Shown: piece by piece, positions 50,853 to 64,000 of the stretch
Layout of the letters: every line of letters starts with the position of its first letter
Numbering within the stretch: the first letter of the stretch is position 1
Assembly: GCF_006345805.1 (NCBI RefSeq)
Contig: NC_043001.1
Span: 38,936,001 to 39,000,000, forward strand
Origin: Octopus sinensis
Taxonomy: Eukaryota
Reading direction: 5' to 3'
Length of the DNA: 64,000 nt
Program-made: the position numbers and the translations under genes
Notes under the pieces: generated by a model
Seen by the model: only the letters and a program-made list of their open reading frames with translations
The model's database searches: none
Told to the model about the DNA's origin: nothing

Positions 50853-52612
50853 CATTGGGCAAAAAAAAAAAACTGTCATGCTATTTAAACTTTTTCAGAT
50901 GATTTAGGGTAATTTTAAGGTACTGAATCTGAATCTGACATCAGTTTTCAGACAGCAAGTGTAGCTTTTTTAGTTATTCACAGCATCAGATTTTCCAACC
51001 AATTGATAATATTGACAAAGTAGTAGGCTATTTGCTTTCAATTTTCATTCATATACTCATCACGGAAATAAAAATAAGTGCTAATAGAGGTTAAATGTAG
51101 GCTACCTGTTAAATTGTCACACAAGATGAGAATTTATTTTACTTTGTTATTGCTGTAATTATAGTAAAGTTCTCCTCACAAAAGGCTATTGATATTAAGT
51201 TATAGAAAGCCACTCAGACACCCTTTCCTTGATAACTGTTAGTGCTGTTAAAACAAAGTACATCAAATAAGAGAGCCAGGTTACATGAAAAGCAGTTTAG
51301 TAGAAAGTTTAGTTATTTATTAAAGTGATCAATCCTTGAAATTTAGAGATGGAAAAAATTGTTTCATGATAGCCATAGCTTCAGTACATTCTATAATAAT
51401 TTCAATGATTTTTTTGAGAAATATATTTTGATGTTTTACAGTAACATTTACATTTGATTTATTTTATATTTTAGTTTACTGATAGTCTTCATTGAGTGTT
51501 GATTTAGGTTATTTCTGTTTATTTTTGATGAGGAGACAAGTTTGTGCTAATCACCAGGACAGCTTTTGTTATGTGTGGAAAATTTACATCAAAAGATCAG
51601 AGAAATAAGCTTACAACAAAATTTTAAAATGCTTACAAGCTTTACTTTGGGTCCAAAGTTGGGGACCAAGATAAACTGTGGGCACCTCCTCTTTGTTGCA
51701 AAAGCTGCTACATAGCTCTAACCCAATGGTTGAAAGATAAACGGAAAAGTATGCGCAAACCAACAAACCACTATACCAATTGTTATTTCTGCTTAACTAA
51801 TATCACAGGTTTCTCTAAGGAGAACAAATCTAAGATTTGTTTGTCGAGATTGCTCTTCAGCTTTAAAACCAGTTTCTCATGCTGCTGAAAATATTCCAAT
51901 TCCAGAACCTCCTTCATCTTTTGACAAAGATAGTTTAAATGAAGAAAATACTGCATCTACTTCAATTGAAGGCATGTCAAGTGATACCGCAGATCACTGT
52001 GATGAACCAGGATCTTCGAAAAAAGTTCTGTATTTATTGAGTCCACTTGAGTTAAATGATTTAGTTAGAGACTTGGGTTTAACAAAAGAAAAGTCAGAAC
52101 TACTGGGCTCCAGGTTGAAACAATGGAATCTTTTACACCATGTTATAAAATATTCGTACTTTCAAAACGGCATACAGAATTGCATTAATTCATTGCATGT
52201 AGGATTAAAGGAAATGTATGAATCAATGGATAAAATTTTGCACTTGATTAAATATTCTGAACACAAGTGGAATATATGCAGGGACTTGAAAGTTATTGGT
52301 TTGCTTCTTGGGTTGCAAATGAGGTATGTAAAGCGTTAGTGCTTTTTGTGCCTTTAGAACAGCAGAGATGACAAGCATCACTATAATCAAAAACAGTGGC
52401 CAAAGTGAAGAGAATTCACTCCAGGGAGATATGACATTAAATATATATCCCTTTAGTTGACCTTCAGAAAATTTTCCTTCATCCCTTACACATTAAATTT
52501 GGCTTGTTTAAGAATTTTGTTACGGCCATGAATGTAGACAATGAAGGATTCAAATATCTCAGTGAAAAATTTGTTTCTAGCATGAGTGAAACTAAAATCA
52601 AAGCTGGTGGAC
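50853..52612 (+). mobile_element. Chapaev3-like (CMC superfamily) DNA transposon relic
   Basis: From ATG 51528: CANHQDSFCYV...AYKLYFGSKVGDQDKLWAPPLCCKSC...PTNHYTNCYFCL...LNDLVRDLGLTKEKSELLGSRLKQWNLL...ICRDLKVIGLLLGLQ...HPLHIKFGLFKNFV. Family assignment is from motif recall; the right TIR was not found. Confidence 0.7.
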
Positions 52613-53109
52613 AAGATATCTCAAGAACAACCATATGAATTCAGATGAAACTTTCAGGGATGCTTGGCCTCATGGCTAGCATAAACTGATTAGATTTTGG
52701 GATCAATCTGGTACTGGACAAGGATTCTAGATTATTTGTTATATTTACTTAAGTATTACGATCTTACACTGAATTTTAAGTCTTTCTCTGATCATCTCCC
52801 TTGAAAGCACACCCATGGTTTCCACATAAGTTATGACAGTGTTGTTGCTTCCAAAGTATTATTTTGTTTCTCTAATATTAATTTTACACACATCTCTATC
52901 TTAGTAGAAACTGATGAACAAAGAAATCAAACTACATAAACAAATGGCAGCAAAACTGCTCAGAAATTAAATAACACTAGAATATTTAGTAACAATAATA
53001 AATTTAATTTATCCTTGATAATTTTTAGTTTTACCAATTTTGAATATATAGCTCCTGTTCAAAACCTCTTACCTACTTGGCAATTGCATTTCTAGCTCTG
53101 CCTTGAAGG

Positions 53110-53290
53110 AAGCTTTACTTCTTGAACTCACATTTTTGTGTGCAACGATGTTGTTAAACCTCCGTTAACAGCACTGTATGCAGGTCCTTTCCATTTTCTT
53201 TCACACATGGATACATTTTTCACTATAGACTTTAATGGTCATTAAGACACTATATTAGTGGATAGACTAAAAAAGGCTTTCATAGAGAAA
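53110..53290 (+). mobile_element. Ty3/Gypsy integrase C-terminal (GPY/F) fragment
   Basis: THIFVCNDVVKPPLTALYAGPFHFL...FTIDFNGH*DTILVDRLKKAF. Confidence 0.75.
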
Positions 53291-53664
53291 ACTGTTCCTG
53301 TTCCCAATGCAGACGACACACATGCAGCATTACAAATATGGCCCCACACACCCACCTTCACATTCCATGACTACCATTGGGATGGATCAGATAGTGGATA
53401 AGGATTCTGGATTAATTTTCCGTGTTTTTTACTTAATTTTTGAGAGCAGTCAGGTTCATTTTTAGTATTCTCGTTTGTGAGAGCAGTTGAGTTTATTTCA
53501 GATATTCTCATTTTAAAAATCCTCTCCAGTTAATCGTTGAGAGGACATTAGTGTTGCCTTGGTGGAGATTTGTGCTCTTGTTTAATATTCATATTTATAT
53601 TTAAATTTAATAATAATCAATTAAATTATATAAGAGTAAAAGTAGATGATTAAAATATATAATA

Positions 53665-55977
53665 TCTTAATATAAAAAAATACCCTATCTGTGTGTGTCC
53701 TCAATGCATGCTCAAAGTTCTGAATCAATTTGTACCATACTTGGGGTACATGAATAATTTGACCTTGGAAAGAATAATGCAACCTTGATTTATTTTATGT
53801 TTTTTAAAATAAATAATATTGCTCTATAGAAAAGATTCACTTGTTCAAATCGTTTTCTCAACTTCCTGTCTTTGATGTCCTAACCAGATATCTACACACA
53901 CATGTATGCATACATTATTACAGCTGTGATGATTTCTGACAAAAAGAATTTCTAAAGGTACTTTCATGTCAGAAAAATAATTTCATACGGAGACAGACAC
54001 CATTTTTTCAGTTAATTAAATGAGGTACTATACACTGTACATTAATTTTCCAAAACATATTTTGGCCATTTAGGAAACAAGTGGCTTTATTAAGACTTGA
54101 TATTTCACATTTAAATCCCACATGATTATTCTTGATGCAAATCAACTTATTAACACTTTCACTTAATTGCATTGCCAATGTCAACATAGTAACTAAGTAA
54201 CCAGCTATTTACACACACACACACGTATGCATACATCATTACAGTTGTGACGATTTCAGATAAAAAACAATTTCTAAATTTACTTACATTTTATATGTTC
54301 TTCTCTGGCTTTCTATTTGTGTAAGATATATATTTATGTGAGTGTGTGTGTGTGTAAGAGAATATGCAAAAAATCTACTTTTAGACTTTTTAATACATCC
54401 ACTCCTTAACTTTTCAATTTTTTTCTTAAAATTTTACAACTAGGGTTAAGGGTTATATACAGGTGCACAAACGCACAAAACAGAGAAACAGAAACAAATA
54501 TGGATAACTTGTTCTGAAACATCCCCCAGTAGGGAATAGTTCACAAAAATAATCTCCAATTGTTTTCCTCCCAAATCCTATATGGATGGAATCTACATAC
54601 TTCAAGGTATATTTGTATTAAAAAATATCCATTTTATGAAAGTTAAGACAAATTCAAGTGGATTCCGGTGAATTTTCCGAAAGTCCTCCTTCAACCCCTG
54701 CTAAAATACTTTTCCCCCCAAACTTTGTATGTTGGGAATCTACATGATATAACACATATTCATTAAAAAATTTCATTAAAAACTACCCATTTTACTGAAA
54801 GTTATCATCATCCAAAGTTGGTGGGAAGGGGCAGAAAGCTTGTGGTAGATGGTACCAACTGTCAATGATCTTATAATGTATGTGCTCCCAAACATTGCAC
54901 AAAACTTTAGCAACAGTCAATGGCTCTGTGAGCGAGCCATCTTAGTTCCATGTAATGATGCTATTAACAAAATCGACTGGGATCTCTTGTAGCTGTTGCC
55001 TGGATAATAACAGTCTTTCAAACTAAGTTCTTGAACTCTCTACAGCCACCTGGGATGCTACCTCATCACTTAACACTTAAAAAGGAGGCCCCAATCATGC
55101 TGCTCAGGAATCTGGAATCACCTCGTCTGTGCAATAGCACCAGACTGGTGGTGAATGTGATGTGACTCCATGTCCCAGAAGCAATAATTATGACTAAGAA
55201 CTATAAGGGTGAGGATGTCTTCATTCCACAGATCCTGTTAATCCCACATGACATCCCCTTTGAATTTAAATGGTTCCAGCTCCCAGTGAAACTAAGTTTC
55301 GCTATGTTAATAAACAAGTCTCAAGGACAGTCTCGTTGAACTTCACCTTGCTTCTCGCATGGGCAATTATATGTAGGATGTTCGCAGGTTGGAAGTCCCC
55401 AAAATCTTTTCATTTATACACCAATTAAAGGACACACTCTAAACATCATTTAGAAGCTCTAGATAATTAAACTGACTGATTGCTGGATTTGTTTCAATAC
55501 ATTTGTTTATACTCACATCATCACATAGAATTTTTATTAAATGTTCTTATTAACAGGAGGAGAGTGCCTGCAGACTGGTTCTTCTCAAATTCATGCACTT
55601 TCAGGTTCAATGCCTTTCAAGTAAGTACTGATAATTGAAGGTGATTGCAAAGACAAAGAACTACCTGGTCTTTAACAGTTCTAACAGTGAAAACATTGGA
55701 TAAAACATGTTATTGACATTAATAGTTTGTACCTCAGCTAATTACTGTTGAGAACTGCATAATCCATGTTTCATTTTAGTTAGGGATTTAAAAGGCATAT
55801 TTAAATTTCATTATTTCCAATAACCTGGGAAACGGCAGGTTATTAATGTATAACGTTGGTACCTCAGCTACTAGGAGGTAAGACCAGTGTAGTCTATGTT
55901 TCATGTTAGAGATCTAAAAGGTATTTTTAAATTTCATTATTTTCTTAAACCTGGGCAACAGTAGGTATTTCAGCTAG
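53665..55977 (+). mobile_element. Helitron A, internally deleted, with PIF1-like helicase C-terminus
   Basis: A|TC start and hairpin-CTAG|T end. 54850-55460 gives WLCERAILVP...FLNSLQPPGMLPHHLTLK...PIMLLRNL...RLCN...QLPVKLSFAMLINKSQGQS...CFSHGQLYVGCS. Confidence 0.85.
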
Positions 55978-56119
55978 TAATAAAATTAGATAAGGCAGCA
56001 GAAATAATGAATATAGAATAAATAAGATAAGAATAAAAATTAGAAATAAAGGGAAAGTTTATGTGGGAATTCATGCACAAGTATACATCTGTGTGTATAT
56101 GCATACATGGATTACATTG

Positions 56120-56432
56120 AGGAGCACTCCATTGGTTATGATGACAAAGGTCCTAGCTGATATGATCGACAGGACAGCTTGCTCATGAAATTAATGTGCA
56201 AGTGGCTGAGCACTCCACAGACATGTGTACCCTTAACATAGTTCTCAAGGAGATTCAGCATGACATGGCTGGCCCTTTGAAATACAGGTGCTACTCATTT
56301 TTGCCAGCTGAGTGAACTGGAGCAACGTGAAATAATGTGTCTTGCTCAAGGACACAATGCATCACCAGGAATTGAACTTATGATCTTATGATCATGAGCT
56401 GAATGCCCTAACCACTAAGCCACGTGCCTTTA
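56120..56432 (-). mobile_element. tRNA-derived SINE (same family as 31545)
   Basis: Minus-strand head GGCACGTGGCTTAGTGGTTAGGGCATTCAG...AGTTCAATTCC and core TGTGTCCTTGAGCAAGACAC. Confidence 0.78.
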
Positions 56433-56669
56433 CTATGCATAGATGGATTATATTATGTGTATATGTATACATGGATAACATTGTTGGTATTTATACAACA
56501 TAATAAATAAAATAAAATAAGGTAAATAAGTAAGGAGAAATAAGGAGTAAAGAATAAATAAAACTATAAAGGTGAAATAAATTTGCTTATGTGGTTATTT
56601 TTATTTATAATTAATTAATTCATTCATTATTTCTGCCTACTTATTTATGTTATTTTATTATATATTTTA

Positions 56670-59600
56670 CTAGTAGTATAGCTCGGTGTTGCCCGGAATT
56701 AAGTTAGGATTATAAAGTGATCAAACACTCTATTTCAAACCAAAATAAGTGACACCGACATCAAATTTGAGCAAAATCCATTGAAATTGGTATACTATTG
56801 GCTGAAAATGGGTTGCAGGCAATTTGATTATGAAATCCCATAAGGAATTGGTTTATCGATTATTTCCATTCAGCGATTGTTTATTTTTTTTTTTGGAGAA
56901 CTTACAGTATTCAAAGATTCCATGGGTCCTAAGTAATGCTGGCATCAAGTTTGGGGAAAATATGTCAAAATATGTGAAAGTTATGGTTGAAAATGGGGTG
57001 TTGCCAATTTTAGTAGGAAATCCTATAAGGAATTGGTTCATCAATTTTTTATCCTGATTGAATGGAAAACCCCAAATGGATGCCTGCCACCAATAGTGTT
57101 TGGCCTTGGGATTTGTTGATGGACATGGCGAAGCATGATCTCACTGGGAACTGCGATCTGAGGAGGTTAAATGGCATGTCTGACCCTGAGGGATAAAGCT
57201 GCATCCTTGAAATGAAAATATTTTCACCCCTCCAGCACCCTGAACAATGGTGGCCTCAGTCAAGTGGGGCGTCAGATACTTGATTACTAAGCAGGTCCCT
57301 TTGCACTGTTTAGGTGGAAGCAAGTTTCTAATTAGCATAATTGGGCATCCAACCCTTAGCCTAAGAATGTGAGTGGAAGCCATGTTGGCTCCAATGAGTT
57401 GAGAAACTCGATAGAGTAAATGGCAATGTCTTGGGGGTCAGAGATCTGGTCAATTGATTTGTAGATGCACTCCTCACCTGGAATTCGGCTTATGAGCTGG
57501 TCGTTGACAGCACTGACAGCTACGTTTTTGGGGGCCAGGATGGTTCTTTCACTGAGCCAATTGATGTCTGCATAATTACTTTCCAGATTGGGGAACACTG
57601 TTTCCAAAAGATCAGAAGGGTTGTCCACAGTGTTGCACAGTTCAGAGATGGATATGTCACCCCTATAACTCCTAGGGACCTTGCCTTCTCCAAGGGTTAA
57701 AATGACTTCAGCAAATGCTGCAGACATGCTATCTCCAAGCAAGTGTGCACACATGCTTGCGCTTAGGCTTAAGGTCTTAACCTGGAGCCACATCATCGAT
57801 GACTTAAGGCATAAACGCACTTCATCAGCCTGGCTCCCTTTAGGGATGACAGGAAGTGTTTGCCACAAATCTCCTGAAAGTAATAGAGTTACACCACTCA
57901 TAGAAGCTGTAGAATCCCTAATACCTTTCAGTGACTGGTCCAGTGCCTCAAGGGCACCCTTACTTGTCATTGTGCATTTGTCCCATACAATGAGATGGTA
58001 CTAAGGACTTCAGCTTCCTCTGAAATTTTGCCAATCTTGCAAGTAGGAACCTCGGCCCTCACCAAATGTAAAGGCAGCCTGAATACCGAGTGCACCGTTC
58101 TACCTACCGGCAATAACGTAGCAGCGATTCCCGAGGAAGCAACTGCTAGTGCATTTGTTTCTTGCAATGAATATTAGCAAGTATTAATTGTGTTACAAAG
58201 GATTTTCTGGTACCTCTAGCAGCATTGAGGAAAAAAATGCCGCCCACCTGTTTTTCAATGGCACTGACGACAGTTTCGTACACTAGCCTCTGATCAGGCA
58301 GCAATTTTGGTTCATTTACTCTCAGGTACTCTGCAAGGCCATCAGCGTCATACGACAAGTCCAGATGTAACTTTGGTGGGAGTGTGTTAACGTCCTGTCG
58401 CAATGAGGATGGCAAACAGAATGTGTTCAACGCTGCCCCACCCATCCTGAGCAGGGCATCCTTGATTTCAATCAGCGCATTATTGTAGATCAGGTCATTG
58501 TATCCGATGTCAGCATTAGGGCACTGTTGCTTTGCCAGTCATCATTTGCCTTGACCATCAAGAAAGCAAAATTACATACAGAGAATTTCATAAACAGAAA
58601 TGAATGGAAAAAAGTTTTGAATTAAATTTTTAGACTAACACTTGCATGACTTTCACTAAGTAAAAAAAATTGATTTTTTGCTTGGAATCAACTACCAAGG
58701 CCACCTAATATGCTACAAAACCCTTTTTGTGGTCTAAAAAACAGGGTGGGCTGTAGTGGAAGCTTCTGAAATTTCACACCCCATACCCATTGATCTTTTC
58801 ACCATCTATTTTTCAATGTATGTGGAAAAATAAGGAGATTAAGAATATGGAAAACATTTTTTTTTTTACTCTCAAATTTACCATGAAACACTCCAGGCAA
58901 ATTTTTAGATAAAGCTCACACAATTTTCACTACGAAAATTTTTAATGTGCCACCGGCATGGAAGCCAGTCAAGCTTCGGATGGTGCTTTTTACGTGACAC
59001 CAGCACAGGTATCACAACTACAATTTCCATTTGATTTTTATTTGATGTTGATGTACTTGACTCAATAGGCCTCCGCAAGCACAGCAGGCCACCCGACAAT
59101 CCAAGATAAGCACAAAAGGTCGTCCTGTGATCCACGGTACTTTGGATGGGCTGGGGCTGCTATGTGAAGCTGGTGCAGGAGACAGCCATGAACTCAAGTT
59201 ATTTGTCGGGTTTTCATAGTCACAGCATGCCTCCAGAGTTCTCGGTATTTTGTCATTGCCTCTGTGAGGCCCAACGTTCGAAGGTCCTGCTTGACCACCT
59301 CATCCCATGTCTTTTTGGGTCTACCTCTACCCTGGATTCCTTCAATTGTTTGAGAGTGGCATTTCTTCAAACATCTTTCCTCATCCATCTTTAGTACATG
59401 ACCATACCAGTGCAAAAGTCTCTCTTGCACGCCACATCCAATGCTTCTTATGTCCAGTATTTCTCTCAGGGCACTTACACTCTGTCATGTGTGAACACTG
59501 ACATTACACATCCAGCGGATCATGCTAGCTTCATTTCTTTCAAGCCAATGCATGTCCTCTGCAGTCACAGCCTATGTTTCACTACCATGAAGCATTGTAG

Positions 59601-61601
59601 TTAACACATATGTGTCGTACAATCTACCTTTCACTCTGAGCGAGACCCTTTGTCACTAGTAGGGGTAACACTCTATGAGCATCCACCTCCACTACTAACT
59701 TGGTCACCTAGGTAGCGGGAACTATCAACTACTTCTAGTTTCTCTCCCTGGAGTGTGATGGAATTTGTTTTCTGAGTATCTGTGGTGTCTATTGCCCCTG
59801 TGCATCTGCAGCACACAAAAGCTATCTTCTCGGTTAATTTTCCTCTGACGTTGCTGCACCTCTTATGCATCCATAGCTTACACTGGGTACATCTTATGGA
59901 GTTTCTACCAACACCTTTTCTACAGATTGAGGGGGTGTGTGATGAGTTTGCCTTCCTACTTACTATAACTTTAGTCTTTGATACATTGACTCTAAGGCCT
60001 TTTGATTTGAAACCTTGCTTCCATAGCCAAAATTTCTTTTCTAGTTCTGGTAGTGATTCTGCTATGAGGGCCAGGTCATCAGCATGGAGGAGTTCCCAGG
60101 GGCAACCTGTCTTGAATTCCTCTGTTATTGCCTAGAGGACTATGATGAATAAAAGGGGACTGAGGGCTGAACCTTGGTGGATCCCTACTTCTACCCGGAA
60201 TTCTTTACTATACTCGTTGCTAATCGTAACCTTACTAACAGCCTCTTGGTATAGGGCCTGTACAGCCCTTATTAACCATTTGTCAATCTCCAATTTCCAC
60301 ATTGCCCACCAGATAAGGGATTGGGGAACCCTGTCAAAGGCTTTCTCCAAGTCCACAAAAGCTAAGTACAGGGGTTTATCTTCAGCTAGGTATTTCTCCT
60401 GCAGTTGTTAAACCAGGAATATGTCATCAGTGGTGCTTCTGCCCAGAACAAAACCGAACTGCATCTCATCTAAGCAGACTCTCTCCCTAATGAGATGGGC
60501 TATGATCCTCTCTGTGACAGTCATCACCTGAACCAGCAGTTTAATACCCTTGTAGTTATTTCTATCTAGAGCATCACCTTTACCTTTGTAGCAGTTGACT
60601 ATGGTGCTGCTACGCCAGTCATTGGGCATGGCTCCATTATGAACTACCTGGTTTACAATGCATGTGACTAGGCCATAGCCCACTCCACCAGATGTTTTAA
60701 ACATCTCAGCAGTGATTCCTGATAGGCCGGGGGCTTTTTCTTAATACCCTTAATTGCTTTATCTACTAGGGAGCTGTCTATTCAGATAGCTGGTCCTTCT
60801 ACTGGGTTAACATTTGGCAGGCTCTTCTCCTCTCATTCATTCTCTACATTCAGCAGTCTTTCATAATAGCTTCTCCAAGCCACTTTCTTTTCAGAAACAT
60901 TAAATGCAAGTCTTTTCAGAAACTTAATGTTTCTATGTTGTTAAATACATAGATTCTCAACAAAACACTTTTTTCCTCAATGTAAAATAAAAACAAACTC
61001 TTTCGTGCCCAAAGTAATGTGTGTGTGTGTGAGAGAGAGGGGGGCAGGGAGAAAGATGAACAATTTAAAATAAATAAATGATTTAAAATGAATATATTTT
61101 AATTGTTGTGTGAGAAAGTATATATAATCTGATTATAAAGTATAGTGTGTTTCAAAAACATCCTAAATTTGAATACTATATCTCGTGTATAAGGAAAAAA
61201 AACATTTTACATTTTTATTTTTGGTGAACACTGTCACTTACTCTATCTCTCCCTCACACACACACACACATCAACACACAACATCTGTCTCCCTCACACA
61301 CACACATACATACATCAACACAACTTCTCTCTCCCTCACACACACACACACATTTTCACTTCGTTATGGCAAGAAGGGACTTAACTCATGTTAGCAAACT
61401 TCAAAATTGGTAAAAGTTAAGGTTGAAAATAGGTTTTTACTACTACCCGCTGGTGCTTCGGGAAAAATAATTCGACAAAAATACAGTTAGGATCATGACA
61501 AATGTCCTCCTAAAATTGGAGCGACATATGTGCTAATTTGTGGACGTGCATAAATTACATTCACGTACACATACACACATCCTGCATTTTATATATACAG
61601 A
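56670..61601 (-). mobile_element. Helitron B with helicase relic and nested RTE LINE
   Basis: Minus-strand A|TCTGTATATATAAAATG start (61601) and CCGGGCAACACCGAG...CTAG|T end (56670). Helicase motifs at 57090-58540: FFLNAARGTRKSF, AVASSGIAATLLPVGRTVHSVF, LLSGDLWQTLPVIP, WLSERTILAPKN, PIMLIRNL. Confidence 0.87.
58945..60912 (-). mobile_element. RTE LINE nested in Helitron B
   Basis: ORFs 60408..60704, 60132..60356, 59673..59870 and 59194..59430 are collinear with the 24650-27622 copy; the terminal tail is missing. Confidence 0.9.
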
Positions 61602-61630
61602 TAAATACCAACAATATTATACACATATAC

Positions 61631-62386
61631 ATCATCATCATCATCATCGTCATCTAACATCCGCTTTCCATGCTAGCATGGGTTGGACGGTTTGACTGTC
61701 GGATGGTGAACCAGATGGCTGCACCAAGCTCCAATCTGGCAGAGTTTCTATAGCTGGATGCCCTTCCTAACACCAACCACTCCGAGAGTGTAGTGGGTGC
61801 TTTTATGTGCCACCAGCATGGAGCCAGTCAGGCGGTACTGGCAACGACCTCACTCGAATTTGTTTTTACACATGCCAACGGCACAGGTGCCAGTAAGGCG
61901 ATGCTGGTAATGATCCCGCTCGAATGGTGCCTTCTACATGCCTCCTACAAGCCAGTTAGCCGCTCTGGCAACGATCACACTCAGATGGTGCTCTTAGCAC
62001 CCTACTAGCACAGGGCACAAGTGCCAGTAAGGCGAAGCTGGCAACAATCACGCTCATATGGTGCTCATGCCTGTCATCGAATTTCACTTTGATTTTGATT
62101 TCGGTTTCGATTTCAATTGCCTCAACAGGTCTTCGCAAACAGAGATTAGTGTTCAGAGAAGAAAAGGTACGCACAAGTGGGCTGGTTACACCCCTGGCAC
62201 AGGCAAACGAGGTTATGGTCTCATTTGGCTTGCCGGGTCTTCTCAAGCACAGCATATTTCCATAGGTCTCGGTCATTAGTCATTTCCTTGGTGAGGCCTA
62301 AAGTTCGAAGATCGTGCTTCCCCACTTCATCCCAGGTCTTCCTGGGTCTACTTCTTCCACAGGTTCCCTCAACTGCTAGGGTGTGG
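61631..62386 (-). mobile_element. RTE LINE 3' fragment
   Basis: HTLAVEGTCGRSRPRKTWDEV, UTR repeats and a (GAT)n tail at ~61631. Confidence 0.88.
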
Positions 62387-63647
62387 AAATATAAACTAAT
62401 GAACTAATGAAATAACTAGAAATAAACATCTGTATATCTGTATATGCAAGTACATATAGAGATACTAATATGTAAACAAGATACACCCATACGTGTATGC
62501 ACATGTATAAACACATAAGCAAATTTATTTCACCTTTATATTTTTATTTATTCTTTATTCCTTATTTCTGCTTACTTATTTACCTTATTTTATTTTATTT
62601 ATTATGTTTTATAAATACCAACAATGTTATCCATATATAGATATCCACATACACATAATATAATCCATGTATGCATATACACGCACATGCATTCACGCAT
62701 AAACAAATTTTACTTCCCCTTTATTTCTATTTTTTATTCTTATCCTATTTATTCTATATTCATTATTCTGCTACCTTATTTATTTTATTTTATTATATTA
62801 TATATTTTAATCATGTACTTTTACTTTTATATAATTTAGTTGATTATTATCATTATTATTAAACTTCAATATAAATATTAATATCAAATAATGTGTGAAT
62901 GAACTTTTATTGCTGCTCTTATGTATTTATGTACATTAATAAAAAACTTAGAAAGTAACATATATACACATGTAAGTTGACATATAAACCATTGGCATCC
63001 ATAATTATTGTGTGTATATATATCTGTATCTCTGTATGTGCGTCTGTGTGTGTGTGTGCGTGCGTATATGTAAATATGAGCATAGACATGCGCACACACA
63101 TATACAAACATGATCATAAACTTTATTTCTCTTTCACTTTAATATTATTTCATTTTATTCAGTAAATAATGTTCCTCTTACATAGTATAAATCATTATTC
63201 ATGATTATTGTTATTAGTAATATTGAATTTAAAAATAAATGAATATTTTTAATGCATGCGTGCACACACACATATACATAGTAAACATAAATATATTTTT
63301 GTGTATATTTGAATATTCCAGTAAATCGCTATGTAGTTCACATATTGTCCTTTTATGCACCCTGAAAATTTTCACCAAAGGCATTTAAAATGCAAAATTT
63401 ATTTATATATATAAGAGAGAGTTAATTAATTTGTTTGTCAACCAAAATGAAACTAAATGGTTCAGGGGAAGCTATTATGTTTTATCTATCTATATACATA
63501 TTAGCTGATGTACCCAGTAATTCCTGGGAAAGCAGGGCTTATCTCTTTGTTCTGTTCTTAATCCAATAAGTAGCATATGCAAAATGGTATTAAAGAAGGG
63601 TAGGAAAATATTAGATTTATAAACCCCAAAATTCACTCCATAATTAC

Positions 63648-63910
63648 CCACGGGCTTATGGCATAGTGGTTAAGAGCGCGCGCAGGCTACTAACCCAAGA
63701 TTCCAAGTGACCTGAATGATAATACTAACATCAAAAACTACTCTAATGGAAGACAAGGTTTATGATATCGGGAGAATATCGCCTTCTCTCATTATATCTT
63801 GAGAACCCAGGTTCGCAATTTCCCCAAGACACCTGAGGGTATATCAGCCAAAACATTGTGTTAACAAGACAAGCAAGATGAGGACAAATATTCGTCAAAT
63901 GTAAATAATA
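63648..63910 (+). mobile_element. tRNA-headed SINE-like element, decayed
   Basis: A-box-like TGGCATAGTGGTTAAGAGCGC and anticodon-arm-like GGCTACTAACC; no intact B-box or T-arm. Confidence 0.5.
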
Positions 63911-64000
63911 TACAGCTGCATACTGTTTAAAAGTTGATAGGTTGAAATAAATTTTACAACCTACAATTTGTATTTTTATTAAACAATTTATTTTAGAAAA

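Noticed and set aside
57090-58540. Host PIF1 helicase gene
   Set aside because: It has no introns, is frameshifted, has a degenerate Walker A and is enclosed by Helitron termini.

Overview
This is eukaryotic, AT-rich, microsatellite- and transposon-dense genomic DNA, most likely from an octopus or other coleoid cephalopod (inferred from the tRNA-Arg-type SINEs and the dominant RTE LINE family with (GAT)n tails). The one host gene I can support is the 3' part of a minus-strand type I membrane immunoglobulin-superfamily receptor: three phase 1-1 Ig exons (45232-45480, 39944-40195 with a GC donor, 34646-34954), a transmembrane exon (27753-27857) and two putative frame-compatible microexons (14876-14894, 12171-12187). 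I found no 5' exons in the window and the last exon is unresolved. The remainder is a layered transposon graveyard: RTE LINEs carrying a PHD-like finger after the RT core, Penelope-like relics, R4/Dong-like RLE relics, a Tc1 with non-DD34E spacing, a mariner, a Chapaev3-like relic, a Gypsy integrase fragment, SINEs and several Helitrons. The most notable structures are a ~12.8 kb inverted-repeat scaffold holding two convergent, precisely bounded Helitrons, a possible decayed LRR-transmembrane gene just downstream of the microexons, an intronic 79-nt hairpin and two degenerate hammerhead-like motifs. I cannot establish a new biological system from the sequence alone. Splice sites and TIR/Helitron ends were read base by base; other repeat boundaries are approximate, and family names come from motif recognition, not database searches.
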